NCBI GenBank assembly: GCA_000934665.2
Contig: KZ539095.1
Span: 1 to 34,058, forward strand
DNA: 34,058 bases
Direction: 5' to 3'
Source of the DNA: Catajapyx aquilonaris
Taxonomy: Eukaryota
Both the position numbers and the translations under genes were made by a program. Positions 23,944-34,058 of the stretch are shown here, piece by piece (the stretch's first letter is position 1; each line of letters starts with the position of its first letter). The notes beneath the pieces are model-generated. The model was given only the letters and a program-made list of their open reading frames with translations, ran no database searches and was not told the origin of the DNA.

Positions 23944-26900
23944 TTTTAAAAATGCAAAAAAGGAAACGAAGACCAAGCAACCAGGACATTTTGTTTTGCG
24001 CAAAATATTCGGTGTTTTTTTTTCTCCTCCAATTTTTATTATTACAAATGAGTCGGGAATAACGGAATGCAAGTAAAAAAAAAGAAAACTGTACGAAGCG
24101 GAGGAAGTGGGGAAGTGCCTTTGGGTCCAGACAGACTAAATGGAGTTTAAAAAAGAGAAGTATTTGAGTGAAGACTATCAATGAACTTTTACAAAAAAAA
24201 AACCAAAGTATCTCACCGATAAAAATTCTATGCCGGAATTAGTACTATTAATTATCTTATTAATTAACGCGTTTTCACCGCACCTTTTAGATGAACGAGG
24301 GTATTGTGTTTATATGCGTATTAATTTTTTTTTTGACATGTTTTTGAGTTCTTTTTTCTTCCCCTCTCTCATGGCGGGTTTTTTTTTTGGGAGTTATTTT
24401 CTTGTTTGCCTCAATTTTTTGCAAAAAAAAAAAAAACGAAAAATTAAGGAGGCGGGACAGTGATACAAATTTCTTTTTTTCTTCCAGTGTATTTATTGTA
24501 CATATTGCCCTTCACACAAACACATACACATACACATACACACAAATTGCACACATTGTGGTACATAACCTGCGCAGAATACACGCAACTGATAAACTAT
24601 GCCTGTGGGGGTTCAGTTCGCATTAATTTTTTTTTATGGAGACTGCGGATATAAAAATATGTAATGAAAATAACGTGCAACACGCAAAAAAAAATGAAGG
24701 ACCCACACAATGAAAATGGATGCAAAAATAATGCAGACAACAATAAGAGACAACAAAAAAAAAGGAGTGGACAGTTTTCCCCTTACCCTACCACTTTTAA
24801 CCTTTGACCTACGATCTAAAAATGTTCCAAAAGAAAAGAGGACTGGTGGCCCCCCCGTTTTTTTTCCCGTTCGCATAAGTTTCGATGAAATTAGTATTCG
24901 CTGAAAAATGAGCATGTGAGTTGAGGACTATTGAGAGTGAGTGGTTATTAATTAACTGATTTTAAAAATTTACCTCCCCCCCCATCCAAATTTTTGCCTG
25001 TAAAATCCCCACCTTTTTCCACATTTCGTGTGGACCGCAGTTCCGAGTCTTTACGTGTGTGTCTCTATGTCCTTCGCAGTTTTAAAAAGAAAAATAATTA
25101 TAATAACACGAAAAAAATGACCCCCCAAAAAAACCAACCTTTCTGTACAGTGGACCCTCCCAATTTTTAGCGAGCAGAAACTAGGAGTCGTCGTCTGCAC
25201 ACACACACACACAAAAATAAAAAGTAAACGTGTTTCCAAAAAAGTACAAACCTCCTCCCTCTCAAAAATCCCCCTCCCCCCCCCCCCCAAAAAAAACCAT
25301 GTCACTCAAAAATTTCCCCTCTCAATTTTTTTGCTGAACTGTGGACTGCGATTTGTTTTTAACGAAGTAATCAAACTTTGTTGTGATTAGGGTGCAAATG
25401 TGATGCAAAACCAAGGACTAATTAGGGAGACAATGCGACCAAAAAAATAAATTGTCCGGAGGTGTCAGAATTGGCTCTTTCTTAACGAGGGACTTTGGCA
25501 GACTCAATTTTTTATATAATATTTATTTGGGGTTATGACCGCCTTAATTATTTGTCAAAGTGCCTGATTCGTACTTTTTACAATTGCGTATTACAATATT
25601 AATTTTGGTTTTTTTTCCCGAAAGCGCAAGGTAACATATTGGGGAGCCGTCTTGTTTTTAAGTTCGTTGTGGGCACTTGCGGGTCCGCCCCCCCTGAAAA
25701 TACGGCAATAATAATTAGCATGGTGCAAATTTAAAAAACACGAAAGGGCCAGTGCTGAATTAATTAATCTCCGATGCCATCCTTTTGCCCCCCCCCACTC
25801 TTTTAACCTCTGAATTGCGGAAATGCGGAATGACCAAAAATTGCAACAAAAAAAAATCCCCACCGCATAACGTGCAAAGGGCAAAAAGTGTGCGGGCCAA
25901 TTATTGCATTAAATTAAAGGGATGGATTAATTAACATTAAAAAAGTCCTCATTCTATGCAAGCAAAAAAAAGGTGCAACTCAGACAACGGAGCAGGAAAA
26001 AAAATAAAATTAAACCCAACAGAGAATCAAACCAACTTTTTTACTTAAAAAAAATAGTGTACAGATAAAAAATATTGCAAAAAAAATCCCCCCCACAAAT
26101 TTCGCGTGTTTTTTGGAGAAAAAAAATTTTAGGAGCAGTTTTCCCATTTCCTACTTTTCCCAATCCTTCCCCATTTAAAAAAATAAAAAAACTGAAATGT
26201 TTAAAAAGTTCGTGGTTCTAGGCCGTAGCATGTGGTTATGTACTATTTCCGCCCCCCCGCCCGCCTCCCATTTTTTCCTTCTGATAGTTGACGTAGCTAC
26301 GGCCCTTTGTACATGATCCATTCAAAATGTGTAGTTTTTCTTTTTTTTTAAGAAAAACAAAAAAATGAGGGCTCGCAGGGCAGGCCACATAGTGCGCCAC
26401 CTGCCAAAAAATTGTTTGCAAATTTTAAATCAAACTAAAATTTTTTGTGACACCATCACCTGTGTTATGTTTCATCCGAGGTCGTATGTGCCTATGGGAA
26501 CAATTGAGTGGGGTTTAATTATTTTGTAATTTTTGAAAAAAAACTGCGCACATATGTTCTCGCAAAGATGCAACAAGGAGCTTTCGATTAGCCAAAAATG
26601 TTAAAAATGTCGTCAGCTCTTTGATTGCATGGTATGTAGAAGATTGGGTTTTAATCATACAGTACACTACATACATAAAGGATTGCAAAAGTGTGTTTTT
26701 TGTTATGCCGAATTTTGTACCCAACTTCTTCGTACCAGGTTTTTTTTTTTTTTTTGTTTAAATTTCATCCCAAAACCCTACGAGATCAGTATAGGCCAAA
26801 TTTTTTGATAATACGAAACAAAAAGTGGAAAACTGATTTTCATACATTTCTATACGGTCTCGTAGAAAGTTTTGCTAAAAAAAAATTTATGTTAATATTT

Positions 26901-28170
26901 AAATGTGAACTCGGGTTGAGATCATGACATGGGAAATGACCTGCGAGAGCGAGGTGGCCACCTTCGTGTGACCTGGATGCGGAAAAAAAAAAAAAATTAA
27001 AATCAAATTTTTAAAAAACCAATTTTAAAAAAGTGTTGCATCAGAAGACTTTGAAGTGCCTTTTTTACACGTTGCCACTTTTCAATTTTTTGCAAAGGTG
27101 AGCGTAACCAACGCTGGTGGTTTCATTATTGGTTGGCCACCTCGTCTCTCCTTCCGATTGGTCTGAAAAACACAGGAAAACATATCAGCTGAGCTCTAAT
27201 TGCTGCTTGTCATTTTTTTAAAAATGCGGTTGCAAACAGGACATATCTACCTCAAGTCCGCTCCGGTGAATGGCAACCTTCATTTACGTTCACACTATTT
27301 CCTGCTTCGGAGTTTGTGTAATATGAAAACTGCTGTTGTTTCTATGCAAAAAAAAATGACCGCCATAAAAATATTGTTTTGCGATGCAACCGAGTGGCTG
27401 CACACTATCAATTGCGCTGTACTTTCAAAGCCGTTTTTTTCCATCAGTATTATCACAGGGTAAAAAAAAAATGAAATTGTAATTAAAGCGAATGGCATTA
27501 TGCAAAGTTGATAGTGTGTCGCATGCGGAAAATCTCGGGGTAAAAAAACAATTTAAAAAAGATATGCAGATCACTTCTTATCTGTTGCAATGTTTTTTTG
27601 TACTTGAGCAAATTCTGTTTGCACGATTTCAAACAAAATGAAAAAAGAAAAACTGTTCCCATTTTTGATCTAGCTCGGAAGTAAACGAGTTAGGTGCTAA
27701 CGAAGCACGGACCAATTGTTTCTGATGGAATGACTGCATAGCTTGTAGCCTTCATGTTTTGTGAGAAACTGTTTCTTAGGTGGGTGATGTGACGTGTCCT
27801 GCAGCCAACATAAACGAGAGAAAGAGAGAGAGAGAGAAAGAGAGGAAAACTGCACTTTTGTCTGCACTTGTGGGACAAATGTTTTTGAAAAAAAAAAGCG
27901 AAGCTTGCCCAGTTGCGAGTGGTGCTGGTGACCAAAATTTCATTGGTGGATTTAACCCCCCTGACCTTTTGACCTTTTTACCCTCCCTCCCCCACAACAC
28001 TGTCTGTCCCAGTGTCTTTTTAATTTTTCTTTTTCCAGGCCCCTCCCCGCCCCCCGTCTCCCTAAACAATGATAATTCCCAAACAACCTGACCCTCCTCC
28101 TTTTCGCCAGTATTGTATATAGTTTCTATGTAGATGTATTTCTGCAAAAATGTATGAATACACTTTAAAG
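23944..28170 (+). other. Probable long AT/homopolymer-rich 3' UTR and downstream region of the ZMIZ gene
   Basis: No credible ORFs, many poly-A/T runs, several AATAAA (e.g. ~25216, ~25446, ~26002, ~26182) and TGTA[CT]ATA motifs. The true 3' end cannot be fixed from sequence. Confidence 0.4.
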
Positions 28171-28249
28171 GAAAGTGGAGTCAAATGTGAAATGACCCTT
28201 TTTTATACCCTTTTTATTCCCGCTATATTTTTTTACAGCATTTTTATAG

Positions 28250-28475
28250 CGCATGTCGTCGCTACAATAATAGTCGAAGGATCCAGAATTTATTTTGCAG
28301 TGTTCCGCAATTATTTGAAGTTGTCATCGTCATCCCTATATCGTAGGTTGTCTTAAGCAATTATTTATTATGAAGCCCATTTCGAGGGGGACTTCATAAG
28401 CAATGGCACCATCCAATATTTTATTGCGGAACACTGCAAAAAATCAATCCATATTTCATTGTTGCGAGCGATGCC
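28250..28475. repeat. Degenerate foldback (old MITE-like) just upstream of CFAP91
   Basis: TTTTGCAGTGTTCCGCAAT (~28293) is inverted at ATTGCGGAACACTGCAAAA (~28423). There is an inner TTATGAAG/CTTCATAA stem and weaker outer pairing. Confidence 0.6.
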
Positions 28476-28592
28476 TAGCAATTGTATTGACAGCGATTGG
28501 AAAGTTGATGTCAGCTTCGTCGTAGAAAGGAACGGCTCAAAATTAAGACTTTTTTAAAAAGTTGGGAAGCAATATTTTAAAAGAGTTCAAAC

Positions 28593-31500
28593 ATGCAGGG
28601 GATACGTGGGAATAAGCCGGTGCAGGTCATAATAGTTGGGAATCGAGGTGCGCTTGGAAATATTTACCAGCCGATTACAAGCAGAGCGTTGGATTACCAA
28701 TATGGTAAGTAGGCGTACTTAGCAGTTGGTACGCAATTGAACTTTTTTTTTTTTGGGCAGATCCGATTTACACGGTGTCTGGAAGCAAAGATCATTACCG
28801 AGCAGTGGCTGCAGCCGATAAGGCCAGGAAGCTGAGAATGGTAAGGATGAAAAATAATCTTTGTGCTTATATCTAATGCTTGTTGGTTTCAGGTGCTTCG
28901 GCCAGTATTTCGCACCATGTTCAGCGAACTTCCACGCCTGCCTGGTCTACGTACGTGTTTGACACCACGGATCCAGCCGCCTCCTAAGTAACAAGTTGTC
29001 ATATTCGCAATGTAAGCTGTAAGTCTAATTAATGTAATCGCAGGGATACGTCTGGACCAGCCGAGTACAAAGTACAACCGAAGGAGCCGGATGTGGACGG
29101 AGCGGATCGCTACAAATATTTCAGAAGGTACAGCAACATTGTCTGATGTGGTAGTGTACTAATTGCGTATATTTCCAGGCCGAACTATGCGTTGCTCCAG
29201 CAGTTCATACCTTCAGTGCGGTATGCTCCGGCGTACGTGCCTCGTTGCCCGCCACCATTGCACGATCCTATACTAGGCAGCATCCAAGAGGTGGTGGAGG
29301 AGATGAAGAAGACAGTGACGCAGGGAACCCAGACAAAGTACCGTGAGTCTGAAGCCCAGACCGAACCATACGCTCCTCCGTATAAGGTCCGAAGCATGGC
29401 GATGCCCGAGGTGCTGGACATTGCCCACTTCTCGTGGGGACAGGGGATACCGGCTGGGATGCAGGAGGTGGAGACCATCGACCGTATCAGAGAGAAGAAG
29501 GCGATCCTGGCCGCCCTTCCTGATCTGGAAGATGAGGCGCAGAAGGGAAGGAGGCAGAGGATGCTGGCCGATTTGGAGATGAGCGAGTGGATCGCCAGGG
29601 AGATGGAGATTGAGAGGATGCACATCCTTCAGCACGAGGTATGGGAGAGGCTGTACGAGAAGAGGAAGCAGGCGTCGTCGGACCAGCTGTCTCAGAAGCT
29701 GGACCGCATCTGGGCCGAGCTGTACGGGAGGAAAGAGAGGGCCATGATCGGTATACGACACAAGCATGAGCGAGGTGAGCGTAGTCGTTACATTTAAATG
29801 GACCTTCCGTAACCATCTGGTTCAATGTCGTAGAATCACGTAGATTGCTCCGTAACTTCAAAGCAGCCGACAAACGGTTTGGCAAACGAGATATTGTTCA
29901 AGAGTACGCCAGCAAAGCATCTAAGGTGTACGCTCCTGCGACAAGGTACGGAAATGCGCTGACGGACAAAGGGAAAGTTGTCTGCATACGGAACCAATAC
30001 CTGGACAAGTACTCAGGTCAGCCGCAATTGCTGGTTGACGTTACTCGTCAGCTAATTACATGCGCATTGCAGGCCTGAAGGAGCTGGAAAAGACTTCACG
30101 ACTGCTCGACTACAAGGTGAAAATTGATGTTGGCGAGATATCGACAGTGTACATTGCCAGTCACAAGTACATCCCTCGCAGGTACAGGACCCAACAGCAG
30201 CTGGAGTACCTGCAGGAAACCGCAGCGTGTAAGTGCTCGTTACAATTGAGTTGGGAGGAGTGTAATTAAGATCTTACGCAGGGTTGAGGACCGGAGACAA
30301 GGACGACACTGGTCCGCTCTACTGCGTGACGAGGGAGGAGACCCCGGAGGAGCCCCCTGCAACTCCGACCATCCCCGGACCGCACCCGCTGGAAGAGGAG
30401 CGGTACCAGGCGACCATCTGCCTGCAGAAGATGGTCTACGGAAGGGCAATCCACACTTCGGTAAGGCCGCATCCGTACTGGTTAAGCACGGCTCGTAACG
30501 CATATTGTTTCTCCAAAGATGTACTACGGGAAGGAGGAGCAGAGCGACCTGATCACGGAGCTGCAGACAATGTTCGGGATGATGAAGGAGGAGAAGGTGG
30601 CCAGGCAGCAGGAGAGAGAGTCGCTAGTCCAGCTGCAGAAGGAGAGGGACGACTGGATGGTCCACGTGAGTACGTCCGGTTGAACATCAAAAGTATGTAG
30701 ACTCATACCGCATTGCGCAGGAGAGCAGCTTGAACGAGATCCTGGAGCGGCTGGAAGGCGGAGTGGTTGGCCGGCTGCTGGACTTCCTGAGCAAGGAGCT
30801 CGTGCGGCTGCAGGACGAGCGGAAGATACACGCTTTTGCGCTCCTGGCCGAGAGACAGAGGGTCCTGAGGGAGGCCCAGGAGTCCGGGAAGAGGCAGGTG
30901 GAGGAGCGGGCCAGGAGGGAGGTGGAGCAGCTGTTCAAGAGGGCCGTGTGCATGACGCAGGCCTCGGTCGACACCTACCTGGAGGACCTGATAATGGAGG
31001 GGACGCAGTGGACCGCTGAGACCGAAGCCAGGAAGGAGGTCCAGGAGCAGGCCTGGAAGATGAACGAAATAGCGCACATGATGGAAGAAAGGTTCAGCCG
31101 CTTGTATTCTAGAGACATTGATATCATTAGTCCGAAAGCTGGGACGTACAAACATACAGAGAAACTTTGCCGCATATTAACATTCCAGCGCAAATGAGAT
31201 ACACAAGGAGGAGATGGTTGGCGAGCTGGTGCACGGATTCCTTCTGCCTGAGTCGCGGAAGAAGCTGATGAGAGAGCGGGTGAAGCATCTCCAGGAGAAG
31301 CAGCTGTCGGCGGCTCACGTGGTGGTCAACGCAATGTTCCACAAGCAGAAGGAGGTCCGGAAGGCGAAGGATGAGGTGCTGCAGAAAGTGGCCATGCGGA
31401 AGGCGTGGAGGGCCAACCTGCACCAGTTCATGAGGGGTATCGTAGAGGAGGCCATGGAGAGGGGTAGGTTCCCACAGTCGACGCGGCCGTCTGTTCTTGT

Positions 31501-31768
31501 CCGCAAGGATTCGCAAGGATCTGAGACGCTGTCTGAGATGGAGGAGAGCAGCACGTCAGACAGCGAGGCGCCATCCGACTCAAGTGTAGAAGCGGAGATA
31601 TCATCTGCTGCACCGACAGGCAGCAAGATCTCATCTGCTCAACCTTCACACACCAAGATGTCATCTGCTGCTTCATCCAAAACCGCCGTTTCAGGTGCGG
31701 CAACACCAGCAGCCCAGGTATCGGAAGCCAAGACATCGGAAGCCAAAACCTCAGGTGATATGACATGA
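28593..31768 (+). CDS. CFAP91: Cilia- and flagella-associated protein 91 (MAATS1/AAT-1). Exons 28593-28704, 28761-28840, 28893-28987, 29044-29127, 29179-29774, 29834-30016, 30073-30228, 30282-30460, 30519-30665, 30721-31091, 31189-31768 (~860 aa)
   Basis: Phase-compatible GT-AG introns (total 2583 nt). Motifs recalled from CFAP91: RALDYQYDPIYTVS; FRTMFSEL; DVDGADRYKYFRRP; GTQTKYRESEAQTEPY..WGQGIPAGMQEVETIDRIREK; CLQKMVYGRAIHTSMYYGKE; DFLSKELVRLQDERKIHAFALLAERQRVLREAQESGKRQVE; EEMVGELVHGFLLPE. The donor at 31092 (GTTCAG) is weak but restores the frame. Confidence 0.93.
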
Positions 31769-31928
31769 GATAACACACCATGTGCTATGAAATGTCTGGA
31801 TGTGTCCTCTCGTAATGTACAGCCAGTTTTTAAAATAATGTTCATGACCTGTATGGCGAATATGCCCATCATACGAACAAGAGATGGACCACGGCGTTGC
31901 GAGACCGATGATAGTTTTGTGATTTTAG

Positions 31929-31963
31929 GTGAGGACGTAATGGCGGAGGATGAAGACGAGTGA
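31929..31963 (+). CDS. Candidate terminal exon of CFAP91 encoding (G)EDVMAEDEDE*
   Basis: Phase-1 donor CAG|GTGATA at 31755 is compatible with acceptor TTTTAG|GT at 31928/31929. AATAAA lies at 32015-32020, ~50 nt after the stop. Confidence 0.55.
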
Positions 31964-32600
31964 GGTGGTTCGGGAGAGAGATGCGATTCAGTCCAAGGCA
32001 AGTGCGGAGAGAGAAATAAATTGGTTTCTAAGCTCTTTTCATTCTGGCGTAAATATTTAAATATTGGGTCATATGACGATGTGCCAATTCATTTGGTCTA
32101 ATTGGCATTGTTTTGAAAGTACGAAGAAGGAATATTCTTCATGCGACAAGTGACCAGTGAAGGGCATGCCTACCCGCAGCGTATTCAAAAAGGCATAAAA
32201 ACCGAGAGCAATGGATATTTTCACAGGACCCTGCGGTATGTTCAGTAATAATCCAATAGTTCATGATTGAAATGCTTTTTATTAATGCCGTAAATACATC
32301 GAGTACCCACCACCAACCCATAATAACATATCCCATAACCATAAAACACACACACGCAAGAAAACCCAAGAAATGGCTATACATTGAGCCGTATATACTA
32401 TTGAAAATTAAATGTCTGTGGCATTGTGGTTAAAGCAAATTTCAGGGAAATACATGCCCGGAAAGAAAACACTACGACTACATATCACATAATCGCCACG
32501 AACAAACTTTCCAGCCTCTCATTTCAGTGTCATTGTCTCAGTAATCTTTTAGTCATGTGCCAGTAATTATCCCTTAAATTTTTTTAGCTACTGTATCCTA

Positions 32601-33661
32601 CTACACAGGCTGAGTGCAGAAATTTTGCACGACAAAATTGAAAGGAGGAGTAGGAGAAGAAAGCCCTAGAGTAATAAGCACCGTCTGCGCCGTGTCAGTA
32701 ATTAGTTTCACGACTTTTACGAGGAAAGGAATATCTTGGTTCTTGACAAATCGCTCGCAGCACTTCGTGTTCTTTCCTTGGTTCGTGCAGTCCGCATCAG
32801 TCTTGCAGGGTGTGGGTTTGCTGCTCATGTCGATAGGTTCAGTCGTGCAATTGCATTTTGGCTCTGGAACTGGAGTTGTGCGTGTGTTAGAAAGTAAATA
32901 ATACACCCAGGTAAATGTGAATTAGACAGTCATTATTTGGAAAGTATGGGCGTGCGCTTACCTGGGGCCTTGCATCCACAGGGTATCAGCAGGTTCTTAC
33001 ATTTGGAGCCAGCAACTGCATCACACTCATTACCATTTACGGTGCAATGCAAATTTAGGAAATATCCTTTTGCATCTTGACAGTATGTCTGACTATTACC
33101 TGAGGAAAGAAGCCATTGTGAAATGTCGATCCTATAACTTGGCAGCAGAGAAGGAAAAATGGTGGCAGTGATGTAATGGGATGGGAAATTAATTTAATAT
33201 CATTCTGCAGTAGGCTGAAAGCACAAAATGGTCGACTTCTTACTTGCACTGGCGTCACTGGCCTCTGCCTGTCTTTCAAAGCAGCATGTAGGAAAGCCAG
33301 CGTGATTATTCTCGGGGGTGCAGTGACCGTCTATGAAACATCCAAAACCATTCGTGTCATATTGTCCTGTGTCTTTATTGAAGCAGTATCCAATAGCATG
33401 ATAAGGAGCTGAAAGCACAGTAGACATTGCTTATGACTGGTAATTGGTTAGTAACAAGCAATGTTCACGTTGTCCTGCTGATATAGTTTATGTTTTTTTT
33501 CCCTGATGACAAGCAAAGTGTGGAGTTCTTACATCTTGGGTAGTTAATTTCGCACACGTGATTCGCAGCGCAGCATGTACTGCCTCCACCACAATCAACA
33601 TGGGCGGTGCATTGTTTATTGCTGCAGTTGCCGCCAGGACCGGTAGTGCAGAACAGCTCTC
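32601..33661 (-). CDS. Cysteine-rich protein with WAP (four-disulfide core)-like modules, 5' end not resolved. Exons (minus) 33661-33533, 33408-33244, 33099-32962, 32863(or 32869)-32601
   Basis: Four exons are joined by phase-1 GTAAG...CAG introns into an open frame. Module 1 is CTTGPGGNCSNKQCTAHVDCGGGSTCCAANHVC...GYC (8 Cys with the C-x5-C-x5-CC WAP spacing). Later modules are GCFIDGHC..TCC and PCKTDADCTNQGKNTKCC..FCTQPV*. A minus-strand AATAAA lies at ~32278-32283. Confidence 0.75.
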
Positions 33662-34058
33662 CTGTAACGATATAGATAATGTGCAGGAAGAGACCTTTCC
33701 TGGACCATTCGTACTCATAGAGCCACATCCGCGCATATACACATATTGTTGGCAAAGACACAATTTGACTGACATATTGTAGGGAGAATGAAAAATGGAG
33801 GGTAATCAATCATCCTGCATTTCTGAAGCATCCTGTCAAACTGAGCCAACTTGCACGTAGATGGAAATATTATTTTATCCAAGGATTGTGTGATTTAGTT
33901 TGAATATGTGACGATTATGATTATATTCATCAAAAAGGACTGGGCACTAAAGTGGAGAAAGCCCAGGCAACAAGCTGTCGTCATTTTGACGTCATTTTTG
34001 GGTCACTGGATACGTCATTTAGGCGTCACTTAGTGACGTCTTTTAGACGTCATTATGA

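Noticed and set aside
33713..33775. MSVKLCLCQQ.. segment as first exon of the WAP-like gene
   Set aside because: A phase-compatible donor exists (GTACGA), but the peptide is not signal-like and the donor is weak, so it is left unassigned.
33978..34058. Cluster of GACGTCA/CGTCA motifs at the window end as a CRE array
   Set aside because: It looks like the start of another degenerate repeat truncated by the window edge and cannot be interpreted.

Overview
This is eukaryotic genomic DNA, not prokaryotic. It looks metazoan and probably arthropod (inferred from ~50-100 nt GT-AG introns, GC-rich exons and the repeat types), from a draft assembly with two N gaps. Three spliced genes can be reconstructed by hand. 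(1) A ZMIZ1/ZMIZ2 (Zimp10/Zimp7, Drosophila tonalli) family SP-RING/MIZ coactivator on + (8 coding exons, 19472-23943, ~1154 aa if the ATG at 19472 is the start). (2) CFAP91/MAATS1, a ciliary radial-spoke-associated protein, on + (11-12 exons, 28593-31768/31963, ~860 aa). (3) A 5'-incomplete cysteine-rich gene with WAP/four-disulfide-core-like modules on - (at least 4 exons, 33661-32601). The first ~19.4 kb contains no recognisable protein-coding sequence. It is upstream or intronic DNA of the ZMIZ gene, filled with MITEs (two with TA-flanked CAGGGTG ends), a tandem MITE cluster, possible short Helitron-like elements and many minisatellites. I do not see a clear-cut new biological system. The best leads are the atypical multi-WAP-like protein, a candidate acidic alternative last exon and repeat tail in CFAP91, the apparently short ZMIZ N-terminus, hairpins in the long ZMIZ 3' region, and the nested transposon structures.
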